From NCBI GenBank assembly GCA_965215505.1, contig OZ244065.1:768001-832000 (forward strand): a DNA stretch of 64,000 bases. Direction: 5' to 3'. This document shows, in pieces, positions 44,513 through 53,192 of this stretch. Position numbers and translations under genes: made by a program. Under the pieces are notes generated by a model. It searched no databases. It had not been told where the DNA came from and worked only from the letters and a program-made list of their open reading frames with translations. The stretch's first letter is position 1. Each line of letters starts with the position of its first letter. The DNA is from Capsulimonadaceae bacterium. GTDB lineage: Bacteria; Armatimonadota; Armatimonadia; Armatimonadales; Capsulimonadaceae.

Positions 44513-46945
44513 GTGTTGTCCAAGAAAGTCCGGCGGACGCGGCCGATGCTGAGTTTCTTTCCCTTGGCGGCGGCCCTGCTGCTGGGGAGCGCCCGCGCCT
44601 CGTATGCGGGCGGCGAGGGGGTGATACTCCCCGCCTTCACCACGCCGGTGTACGGCGTCCTGACGTTCGTACTCCTGACCTCCCTCATCGCCCTGGCCTA
44701 CGGCTTCGTCCTGCGGTCCCAGGTGAGCCGCCTGTCGCCCGGCACGCCGGCCATGCAGGAGGTTGGCGCGGCGATTCGGTCGGGCGCGCTGGCCTACCTC
44801 GCCAAGCAGGTCCGGACGATGCTGCCGCTGGTGGCGATATTGGCCGTACTGCTCGTCTTTCTGTATTACGGCCAGTACGGGCTGACACTGGCCCTGAGCA
44901 TCGCCGCCGCCTTCCTGGCGGGCGTCGTGCTCTCCTACACGGCGGGCTATGTCGGCATGGGCATGGCGGTGATCGGCAACCAGCGGACGGCCAACCAAGC
45001 GCTCACGACCTACAAGGGCGCGCTGGAGACGGCCTTCAAAAGCGGGGCGGTGGCCGGCATGATGACGGTCGGCCTGGGCCTGCTGGGCGCGACGGTGATC
45101 TTCCTCATCTTCCGCAGCGACGCCATGAAGGTGCTGATCGGCTTCGGGTTCGGCGGCAGCCTGGCTGCCCTGTTCATGCGCGTCGGCGGCGGCATCTTCA
45201 CCAAGTCGGCGGACGTCGGCGCGGACCTTGTGGGCAAAGTGGAGCAGTCCATCCCGGAGGACGACCCGCGCAACGCAGCGACCATCGCCGACAACGTCGG
45301 GGACAACGTGGGCGACTGCGCGGGCATGGCCGCCGACGTGTTCGAGTCGTACCTGGTTACGCTCGTCGCCGCCCTGCTGCTGGGGGCGGCGGTCGGGGCA
45401 CGCACCGGCAACCCGGCCTTCACACTGCCCTTGATCCTGTTCCCCCTGGTCATCCACGGCGTCGGCATCCTCGCCTCGGTCGTGGGCGTCGCCTCCCTGC
45501 GCGGCAAGGAGGACATGAGCCTTGACCCCCTCGTGCCCATCAACCGGGGCTTCTGGCTGACCGGGGCCATCGCGACGGCCCTGCTGGTCGGCGCGGCGTT
45601 TCTCCTGCCGGGGCTGCGGGACGGCATTACAGTGGACGGGCGGACCTATGGCCCCGTCTATTTCATCGCCGCCACAGTGATCGGCGTCATCCTGGCCCTG
45701 GTCATCGGCAAGCAGACCGAGTACTTTACCGGTTCGGACAAGCGGCCCGTCAACGAAGTCGCGCACGCCTCACAGACCGGGGCGGCGACCCTGATCCTCT
45801 CGGGCTTTTCCCTTGGCCTTGAAAGCGCGGCGTGGAGCGCCGCCGTGATTGTCGCCGCCCTGTTCTCCATCGTGCTGCTGTTCGGCGGCAGCGCCCTCCT
45901 GTCGGCCTACGGCATCGCGCTGGCCGGGCTGGGGCTGCTGACCACGACGGGCTATGTCCTGGCGATGGACACCTTCGGCCCGATTTCGGATAACGCCCAG
46001 GGCATCTTCGAGATGTCCGGCGCGGCCCGCGAGCAGCATTCAGGGCGCAACGGGAGCGCGCCGACGGCCATGACGGGCGACAAGGTGGTTTCCAAGCTCG
46101 ACTCGGCGGGGAACACGACCAAGGCCCTGACCAAAGGCTTCGCCATCGCGACCGCCGTGATCGCCGCCGTGGCCCTCTTTCAAGGCTTCGTCTCCGACGC
46201 GGGCCTGACGCCCGCCGACTTCAGCCTGGTGCAGCCGCGCGTCTTCATCGGCCTGCTCATCGGCGGCGCGGCCCCGTTCCTGTTCTGCTCGTTCGCCATC
46301 AATGCCGTCTCGCGGGCGGCTTTTCAGCTCGTGGAGGAGGTCCGGAGGCAGTTCCGCGACATCCCCGGCATCATGGAAGGCACGGGGAAGCCCGACTACG
46401 CCCGGTGCGTCGAGATCGCCACGGCGGCGGCGCAGAAGGAGCTGCTGGGGCCGGGCATCCTCGCCATCTGCCTGCCCATCCTGGTCGGCTTCGGCCTGGG
46501 CGCGGCGGCCCTCGGCGGCTACCTCGCCGGGGCCATCGTGACGGGGCAGCTCATGGCGGTCCTGCTGGCGAACTCCGGGGGCGCGTGGGACAATGCCAAG
46601 AAGAAAATCGAAGACGGGATGTTCGGCGGTAAAGGTGGCGACCAGCACAAGGCCAGCGTCATCGGCGACACGGTGGGCGATCCGTTCAAGGACACGGCGG
46701 GGCCGGCCCTAAACCCGCTGATCAAGGTGATGAACCTGGTCGGCGTCCTGATCGCGGGCGTCGTCGTCAGCACGGCGGGGAACGGCCTGGTCCGGGGCAT
46801 CGTCGTGGTCGTCATGGCCGCGCTGCTGGCGGGCGCGATCCTGTTCTCCAAGCGCGGTGGCCTGGCCGACATGGCGGACGTCGAGGCCGAGGGGGACGGG
46901 CCGGAGCAGGTACAAAAGCAGGAGCAGACGTCTTCGCGGCGGTGA
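44513..46945 (+). CDS. hppA: Membrane-bound H+-translocating pyrophosphatase, predicted K+-independent
   Basis: GGGIFTKSADVGADLVGKVE, PEDDPRN, DNVGDNVGDCAGM, GDTVGDPFKDTAGP motifs; GNTTK carries Lys at the K+-dependence position. Confidence 0.95.
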   Translation: MLSKKVRRTRPMLSFFPLAAALLLGSARASYAGGEGVILPAFTTPVYGVLTFVLLTSLIALAYGFVLRSQVSRLSPGTPAMQEVGAAIRSGALAYLAKQVRTMLPLVAILAVLLVFLYYGQYGLTLALSIAAAFLAGVVLSYTAGYVGMGMAVIGNQRTANQALTTYKGALETAFKSGAVAGMMTVGLGLLGATVIFLIFRSDAMKVLIGFGFGGSLAALFMRVGGGIFTKSADVGADLVGKVEQSIPEDDPRNAATIADNVGDNVGDCAGMAADVFESYLVTLVAALLLGAAVGARTGNPAFTLPLILFPLVIHGVGILASVVGVASLRGKEDMSLDPLVPINRGFWLTGAIATALLVGAAFLLPGLRDGITVDGRTYGPVYFIAATVIGVILALVIGKQTEYFTGSDKRPVNEVAHASQTGAATLILSGFSLGLESAAWSAAVIVAALFSIVLLFGGSALLSAYGIALAGLGLLTTTGYVLAMDTFGPISDNAQGIFEMSGAAREQHSGRNGSAPTAMTGDKVVSKLDSAGNTTKALTKGFAIATAVIAAVALFQGFVSDAGLTPADFSLVQPRVFIGLLIGGAAPFLFCSFAINAVSRAAFQLVEEVRRQFRDIPGIMEGTGKPDYARCVEIATAAAQKELLGPGILAICLPILVGFGLGAAALGGYLAGAIVTGQLMAVLLANSGGAWDNAKKKIEDGMFGGKGGDQHKASVIGDTVGDPFKDTAGPALNPLIKVMNLVGVLIAGVVVSTAGNGLVRGIVVVVMAALLAGAILFSKRGGLADMADVEAEGDGPEQVQKQEQTSSRR

Positions 46946-47991
46946 CACCATCTATGGCAAGAACGGCATTCGTCACCGGCGCGACCGGATTTTTGGGCCT
47001 AAACTTGGTCAGTCTACTCACGGAGCAGGGCTGGAAAGTGACGGCCCTGCACCGGCCCTCATCAGACCTGACCTACTTGAAGCGGTTCCCCGTCACGCTG
47101 GCAGAGGGCGAGATCGAGGAGGCCGCGTCACTGGACCGGGCCATGCCGGAGGGGCTGGACGCCGTGTTCCACGTCGCGGGCGATGTCAGCTTCTGGTCGG
47201 GCCACCGGGCGCGGCAACTACGAACGAACGTCGAAGGGACGAGGAACATGGCGGAGGCCGCCCGGCGCAAGGGCGCGAAGCGGTTCATCCACACCTCCAC
47301 GGTCGCCGTCTACGGGCAGCAGCCCGGCGTATTTGACGAGTCCGCCCCGCACCTCGGCAGGACGTCCCCCATCGGCTATCTTCATACGAAGGCTCTGGCC
47401 GAAGAGGAAGTGCGGAAGGCAGTCGGTGAGGGTCTGGACGCCGTCCTCCTCAACCCGGCGAACATCGTCGGGCCGTATGACCTGAGCAACTGGTCGCGCC
47501 TGTTCCGCCTGGTGGCCGAGGACAAACTGCCGGGCGTCCCGCCGGGCCGCGCGCCCTTCTGCCACGTCGCCGAGGTGGCGAAGGCGCACCTGGCGGCGTT
47601 CGAGCGGGGGCGGACTGGCGAGAACTACATCCTGGGCGGGACGGAAGCCACATACGTCGAGGCGTTCGCCGCCGTCGGCAGACTGCTGGGGCATCCGGTC
47701 CCGAGTAAGCCGATCCCTGCTTTCGCGCTCGCGCTCGCCGGGCGTCTGGGCGAGATGGCTTCGCGCCTGACACACAGGGAGCCGGACCTGACCCCCGAGA
47801 TGGCGACGCTGCTGTCCAGCGCCATCCTCTGCCGCAGCGACAAAGCCGCGCGGGCGCTTGGGTTTCAATCGGTCGCGCTTGATGTGATGTTCGAGGACTG
47901 CTACCGGTGGATGGTGGCGGAGGGGATGATCGGCCCAGGCAAAGACGCAGAAGGAGGGCAAGGAGGGCGGGGGGACCCCACCCCTACATGA
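46942..47991 (+). CDS. NAD-dependent epimerase/dehydratase (dihydroflavonol reductase/HpnA-like extended SDR)
   Basis: VTGATGFLG, FHVAG, NVEGT, HTST, YLHTK (YxxxK) motifs. Confidence 0.88.
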   Translation: MTPSMARTAFVTGATGFLGLNLVSLLTEQGWKVTALHRPSSDLTYLKRFPVTLAEGEIEEAASLDRAMPEGLDAVFHVAGDVSFWSGHRARQLRTNVEGTRNMAEAARRKGAKRFIHTSTVAVYGQQPGVFDESAPHLGRTSPIGYLHTKALAEEEVRKAVGEGLDAVLLNPANIVGPYDLSNWSRLFRLVAEDKLPGVPPGRAPFCHVAEVAKAHLAAFERGRTGENYILGGTEATYVEAFAAVGRLLGHPVPSKPIPAFALALAGRLGEMASRLTHREPDLTPEMATLLSSAILCRSDKAARALGFQSVALDVMFEDCYRWMVAEGMIGPGKDAEGGQGGRGDPTPT

Positions 47992-48022
47992 TTGGCCGTA
48001 GGGGCGGGGTCCCCCCGCCCTC
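47963..48022. repeat. Inverted doublet of GTAG-family REP-like sequences (REPIN-like)
   Basis: 25-bp arms at 47963-47987 and 47998-48022, 24/25 complementary. Each reads GTAG + GGG(C/T)GGGG-TCC-CCCCGCCC hairpin. Confidence 0.75.
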
Positions 48023-48043
48023 TTCCTTCTTCCGCTGCTTTCC

Positions 48044-50020
48044 CTACCCGCCCAACTCCCCCAGCCGGTCTAAATACGCGCAGGCCGTGGTGACGAACTG
48101 GGCGTGGGACCAGGTGAGCGGGGCGACGGACAGCGGCTGGAGGGAGAATGGGTGGATCTGCTCGGACAGCACGCCCGTCGGCGAGGCGCAGAGGGCGGCC
48201 CATTCCAGCAGGTCGAGCGCGGCCTTCAGGTCCGCCTTCTTGTTCGCCGTGGCGATGTACCAGTCAGCGAGCCAGAGTGTGCAGATGATCCACGGATTGC
48301 CGGGGACCTTCTCAAAGTCGTCGGTGACGCGGAAGTAGTAGTCCCGTTCGTAACGCGCCAGCCCGCCTGCCCCGGCTTTGACCCACAGACTGCGGCCCAT
48401 CCTGCCCATCGTCGCGGCCACCTTTGGGTCGTCGGCGGGCAGGACGCCGAAGGCGAAGAGGGCGTAGGCGGACGCGTCGCAGGTCATGTCCCACGTCAAA
48501 GTCCCGTCGGCATCGGTCGTCACCATGCGGGCGAAAGAGTCGGCCTCCGGGTCCCAGAAGTGCGTCAGCAGGGCGGCCTTGACCTCCTCTGAGGCCTGCA
48601 AATACCGGGCTGCATCGGCGGCGTCGCCGAACTCTTCCGCCAGTTCGGAAGCAGCGCGCAGGGCGGCGATGACGGCCGCCGTGGTGAAGATGTGTGTCCC
48701 GCGCCGCTCCTCCCAGATGTCCCAGGAGGCCAGCGGCAGGCGCGTCCTGGGGTGCCGGAAGTCCGCCATGAAGTCGGCGGCGGGCCGGATCAGCCGGCGG
48801 TAGAGGGGGGCCGCAAAATCGCGGTCCCCGTAACGCTTGAAGTGCTGATCGAACGACCAGACGACCAGGGCGGTGCCATCTTCTTGGAAGGGGATTTCGG
48901 GGCCTTCGCCCTGGATAAACCAAGGGTGCCAGGACGCGCCGACGGTGCCGTCCGGCCCGTACTTGTGCATCAGCGCCGCCCGGCCTTTGGGCAGGACGCG
49001 CGCGCAGAACTCGAAGAAGGGCCGGGTAATCTCGGACAGCCCGACCCGATCCAGCGCGAAGGAGACTAAGGCCCCATCGCGCGGCCACATGTAGGAGTAG
49101 TGCGCGCGGGCCGTCTCCATGATGTCACTGTCGTTGGACGCTAGGATGGCCCCACGCTTGTCGCACTGGGTCTTGATGAGCAGCAGACTCCGGGTGAACA
49201 GGGCGGCGACGCGCGGCGGCAGGCCGTCCAGGTCGGTGCGGCGGAGGGCATAGGTGCCGTCGTGCGCCGCCGTCTCCGTCAGGGCCTCCTCAAAGCCGCG
49301 CTTGAGCAGGGCGGCCTGGGAGGCGATGACCTCTTCGCGCGTTTCGCCGACCGTCATCCAGGCGCGCAGGACCGCTTCGCCGTGGCCCGGAACGCGCGCA
49401 GAATAGCCGATGACGCTGTCCACAGACCCCTGCGCGATGGCGCTGCCGGATAGATGGCCATCCTCGGCGTCCCGCCAGGTGCCCTCGGCCCCCCGGAAGC
49501 CCTTCTCGCCGCAGGCATACTGCCTAATGCCCGAACGATCCTCGCCGTACTGCCCGCCGAACAGGAAGTAGCGGTCGCGCTTGTAGTGGATCATGGCGGC
49601 GGCATAAGGGTCATAGAACGTCGTGTCGCCGATGTCGCTCTCGTCAATCCGCAGGTCGTGGGCGAAGAACAGACGGACCTCGCGCGCCTCTTCGTGCGTG
49701 TTCTCTACCCGGAACCGCTGAACCAGGACGTTCTCATCGTGCAACACGCCCTGGGCCACGCGCAGCCGTATCCCCAACCCGACGTGAAAGGCAGTACAGT
49801 CCGTCACCAGTGTGTCGGCCTCATAGCCAATCTTCCACCCCCACCCTTCATCGTCCAGCCAGGCGAACGCGTCGCCCTCCGTCCAGACGCCGACGCGGCA
49901 GCGGTGCCCGCCGACGTGGTTGGCCCAGCCGACGTAGGGGTAGTAGATGTCGCGGATGAACAGGTGGCGGTCGAGGTTGACCAGCAGCTCCCCGTTCCCG
50001 AGGACGATGTCGCGAGGCAT
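48044..50020 (-). CDS. Glycoside hydrolase family 15 (glucoamylase/trehalase-like)
   Basis: YSYMWPRDG, WDIWEER, LSEQI, APLTWSHA motifs. Confidence 0.9.
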   Translation of the reverse strand: MPRDIVLGNGELLVNLDRHLFIRDIYYPYVGWANHVGGHRCRVGVWTEGDAFAWLDDEGWGWKIGYEADTLVTDCTAFHVGLGIRLRVAQGVLHDENVLVQRFRVENTHEEAREVRLFFAHDLRIDESDIGDTTFYDPYAAAMIHYKRDRYFLFGGQYGEDRSGIRQYACGEKGFRGAEGTWRDAEDGHLSGSAIAQGSVDSVIGYSARVPGHGEAVLRAWMTVGETREEVIASQAALLKRGFEEALTETAAHDGTYALRRTDLDGLPPRVAALFTRSLLLIKTQCDKRGAILASNDSDIMETARAHYSYMWPRDGALVSFALDRVGLSEITRPFFEFCARVLPKGRAALMHKYGPDGTVGASWHPWFIQGEGPEIPFQEDGTALVVWSFDQHFKRYGDRDFAAPLYRRLIRPAADFMADFRHPRTRLPLASWDIWEERRGTHIFTTAAVIAALRAASELAEEFGDAADAARYLQASEEVKAALLTHFWDPEADSFARMVTTDADGTLTWDMTCDASAYALFAFGVLPADDPKVAATMGRMGRSLWVKAGAGGLARYERDYYFRVTDDFEKVPGNPWIICTLWLADWYIATANKKADLKAALDLLEWAALCASPTGVLSEQIHPFSLQPLSVAPLTWSHAQFVTTACAYLDRLGELGG

Positions 50021-50044
50021 GGTGGGTTTCCGTTTCTGCCCCTC

Positions 50045-50074
50045 AGTCTACCCGCCGGGCCGGAGCTTCGTCAA
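50045..50074 (-). promoter_or_regulatory. Sigma70-type promoter of the GH15 gene
   Basis: Minus strand TTGACG-N18-TAGACT. Confidence 0.5.
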
Positions 50075-50110
50075 CAAGAAACCGCCCGGCCCCATCCAAG
50101 GGCCGGGCGG
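50072..50110 (-). terminator. Intrinsic terminator after the secreted hypothetical protein
   Basis: 11-bp stem CCGCCCGGCCC/GGGCCGGGCGG, 7-nt loop, followed by TTTCTTGTTG on the minus strand. Confidence 0.75.
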
Positions 50111-50132
50111 CGCTGTCCGTGGGGTGCCTGCT

Positions 50133-52187
50133 CTACGGGGTGGGCGGCGCGGCAAGGTCCAGATACAGCGGGAAGAACTCCCCATAAACGGCACGCTTCT
50201 GGTCCCACACGTCGGGGAACATGCCCAGGAAGACCGAGGCGACCGGCCCGGCCTGTATGGCCTGGGGCAGAAACGGCTGCAACGACGCCGCCTGCGCGAG
50301 CTGCGACGTGTTCAGGGCCGTGGCGGGCAGACGCCCCTCCAGCAGAGCCGTGCGGCCGGTGTCGTCCAGCGTCCCGTACAACTGCGCCGTGTGCGCGAGT
50401 TGTTTGATCGCGTTGATCGCGTCGTAAAAGGGCGGCCTGCGGATCTCCGGCTTCATCATTCCATTGTAGCCGGGGAACAGGGCGATATGGCTGGGCACAT
50501 AGGGATGCGACTTGCCATACAGGTCGGCAGTGGAGGCGATGTTCTGCACGGCCAGGTCCCTCTCCTCCGGCTGGAACAGCGCCAGGCCGTTGTAGATCTG
50601 CCAGGGCGTCAGTGTGCTGAACACCTCCGCCGCCCAGTCCCAGTTCCGCTTCAGCGTCGCCTCCCGCTCCTCCGGCGGCTGAGGGGCGGCCTGAACGCCA
50701 GCCTTCTGCCGGGCGGCCTCCTGCTTCCTTGTTTCGAGGACGGCGGCGAACCAGCGGCGCAGCAGCGGCTCGGGCACCTCCAGGCCGTCATCACGATACC
50801 AGCGGTTGTTGCGGATCAGGGTGACGCCGTCCGCGTCCTTCGTCCAGCTTATGTCGCGCCTGGCCGCCATCTCGTCCAGTTCGGTCGCCAGCGGACGCTT
50901 CACCGGCAGCTTCTTCTGGTCGGGGGGCATGTCATAGCCGTCCTTGGAATAGTAGTCGCAGACATATTCCAAGTGCCCCTGCGCCCCCAGCCAGTCCGTC
51001 TGCGCCGCCCGGCTGATCAAGGGCGGCAGATCGTTGAAGCCCCTGTGCGGTTCGGGCGGCAGTTTCGGCAGCGCGTTGGGCCAGACGCGGCTCGTATGGT
51101 AGGCGATCAGGGTCTTCCACTCTTCCGGCGGCACCAGCTCCTTCCGCCGCACGGAATCGACCAGTCCGGCATGGTTCAGGTACACGGGCAGCATGTTCAG
51201 GTATGTCGGCCACATCGGGGCGTCCAGGCTGACCTCCGAGCTGACCGATGGCGGGCAGTTGTACGGCGTTGCGGATACGCCGTAGCCGCCGCTCTGGAAC
51301 AGAAAATAAACCCGACTCGGGTCAAACGTCGTCAGGTCCTTCTGCGCCTTGACCGCGAAGCCCGCATAGGCGGGCGGTGCCTGGGCCAAGCGGTTGACGT
51401 TGTTTTGCATCGCCGTTTTGAACTTTTCCTGGGTGTCGGCGGACATCTGCCCCAGCCACGCGAGGAAACCGGACTTCTCCCCTTCACCCCCAAAGCCGAC
51501 GTCTTGCAACTGGTAGAAGGCGTCGAAGTTCACACTGGCGGCGATCCGCTCCTTCAGCGGCTGCGGCAGAGAGTGGAAGAAGTCGTGCTGGTCCGCCACT
51601 TCCTTCTCGGCGGCCTGGTTCCACTGCTCCAGGTCCGGGTCGGTTTCCTTGAGCCTCTGGGCCTTCGTCTCCATGGCGGCCAGCACGAGCCGGCGCTGGC
51701 GGACCAGTGACTTTTCGCGCTCCCCCAGGAACAGCCGCCACCACTCCGTTCGGGCGTCGGCGGCCTGCTTGGTCATGGAAAGCTGGTAGCCGTGCGGCGT
51801 GCGCTCCCACACGCCCGGCACCATCTCGGCCAGGGCGGTCATCAGGGTCCGCAGCGGGCGGTTGTTCAAACGCACCTGGAGCTTGAGGTCGGCGCAGTCG
51901 GGGGCGGCGGTCAGCAGGAAGCGGTGGCCGTCCTCCATCTTGTCTGTACTCTTGTCCAGGCTCTCCTGTTGCAGCACCTCGCCCAAGGGGACGCTGATGA
52001 GGTCGAGGGTGACGGGCCGGTCCAGGCGGCTGTCCCTGTCCAGCATCGTCTTCTGGCTGACGGCAGGGGGCGCGGCGGGGGCAGGCTTCTGGGCGAGGGC
52101 CGCGCCGGGCAGCACGGCCAGGAAAAGTAAGAGCGCCGCCGAGGGGCAGGGGCGGCGGGCGCGGCGGAGTGATGACAGTCTGTTCAC
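50133..52187 (-). CDS. Secreted hypothetical protein with possible STN/secretin-N0-like N-terminal domain
   Basis: GTG start with AGGAGG SD; signal peptide ending ALA-Q; DSRLDRPVTLDLISVPLGEVL; typical coding bias; no catalytic motif recognised. Confidence 0.65.
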   Translation of the reverse strand: MNRLSSLRRARRPCPSAALLLFLAVLPGAALAQKPAPAAPPAVSQKTMLDRDSRLDRPVTLDLISVPLGEVLQQESLDKSTDKMEDGHRFLLTAAPDCADLKLQVRLNNRPLRTLMTALAEMVPGVWERTPHGYQLSMTKQAADARTEWWRLFLGEREKSLVRQRRLVLAAMETKAQRLKETDPDLEQWNQAAEKEVADQHDFFHSLPQPLKERIAASVNFDAFYQLQDVGFGGEGEKSGFLAWLGQMSADTQEKFKTAMQNNVNRLAQAPPAYAGFAVKAQKDLTTFDPSRVYFLFQSGGYGVSATPYNCPPSVSSEVSLDAPMWPTYLNMLPVYLNHAGLVDSVRRKELVPPEEWKTLIAYHTSRVWPNALPKLPPEPHRGFNDLPPLISRAAQTDWLGAQGHLEYVCDYYSKDGYDMPPDQKKLPVKRPLATELDEMAARRDISWTKDADGVTLIRNNRWYRDDGLEVPEPLLRRWFAAVLETRKQEAARQKAGVQAAPQPPEEREATLKRNWDWAAEVFSTLTPWQIYNGLALFQPEERDLAVQNIASTADLYGKSHPYVPSHIALFPGYNGMMKPEIRRPPFYDAINAIKQLAHTAQLYGTLDDTGRTALLEGRLPATALNTSQLAQAASLQPFLPQAIQAGPVASVFLGMFPDVWDQKRAVYGEFFPLYLDLAAPPTP

Positions 52188-52470
52188 GGGCGAACCTCCT
52201 GACAGGGCATGACACGGAGAGGGGTGGGAAACGCCTTCGCCTGGGTGTCTTCTCGGCGCCGGCGCGACGTCGGGCCTGATGGTAGGAGTATACAACAATG
52301 TTGGCAAACAATACAATAGACCTGCTGCATAAGCTTCTGCTCCCCGGACTGAAATCCAGGTCTTGGGCAAAGCAAGTGTCCGCCTGCGCGGACATAGGAG
52401 CGGCTTTCTTTGTCCTGGCCCCTAATCGTTTCGCTCCGTAGCGTGGTGAACCAGGTGGACGCTCACACTT

Positions 52471-53064
52471 TCACAGCCCCAGGATTAATTCTTGGGGACT
52501 TATGCAAGATGTCTGATACAGGGCATTGGCAGTACGCTCCACACGGGTCGTGTGTTCGTGGTAGTCCACGCGGTAGACGTCCGGGCTTGCCAAGCCCTGC
52601 CACTGGGCAAAACCCACGGCATCATCAAAGGACTTCAGGATGAGTGCCAGGAGATTGCCATGGGTGACCACGACTGTTGTTGTCAGCTCGGCCTCGGCGA
52701 TCTCGGTGATTGCTTCCCTGCCGCGTTCCATCGCCGCCCGGCTTGACTCGCCGCCCGGCAGGCGGAGGTCCAAGTCAGTGAAACTCCTCTCCAGCTTCTC
52801 GCGCCATTGCGGTAACGGGCCGCCGCATAAGACACGCTCCCGCAGACGTTCATCTACCTGGATGGATAGGCCGCAGAGTTTTGCAAGCGGTTGTGCCGAC
52901 TGATAGGCCCGCAGCAGTGGGCTCGAAACGACTCGTGTGATGGGTTCCTTGGAGAGATACTGCGCGAGTACGAGTGCTTGCTTTTGCCCACACTCTGTGA
53001 GGGGTGCATCAGGCTCCTGGCCCGACGTCTGGCAGTGGCGGATCAGATAGATGGTTCGTGACAT
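52471..53064 (-). CDS. Histidine phosphatase family protein (phosphoglycerate mutase-like)
   Basis: YLIRHCQT, SSPLLRAYQSA, DERLRE, GGES, VVTHG motifs. Confidence 0.88.
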   Translation of the reverse strand: MSRTIYLIRHCQTSGQEPDAPLTECGQKQALVLAQYLSKEPITRVVSSPLLRAYQSAQPLAKLCGLSIQVDERLRERVLCGGPLPQWREKLERSFTDLDLRLPGGESSRAAMERGREAITEIAEAELTTTVVVTHGNLLALILKSFDDAVGFAQWQGLASPDVYRVDYHEHTTRVERTANALYQTSCISPQELILGL

Positions 53065-53192
53065 CTCGTTTTCATCAAGGGAGGGGACAAAAGGCAATGC
53101 CGGCGTGGATTTGCGTGTAACGCGATTATCGCCGTAAAGTGGTAGAATATGGCTGCCCGCCCGTTCATCGCCCCGCCCCGGAAGGTTACGCC

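Noticed and set aside
46942-47991. hpnA / hopanoid cluster
   Set aside because: Family resemblance only; no shc or other hpn genes in the window.
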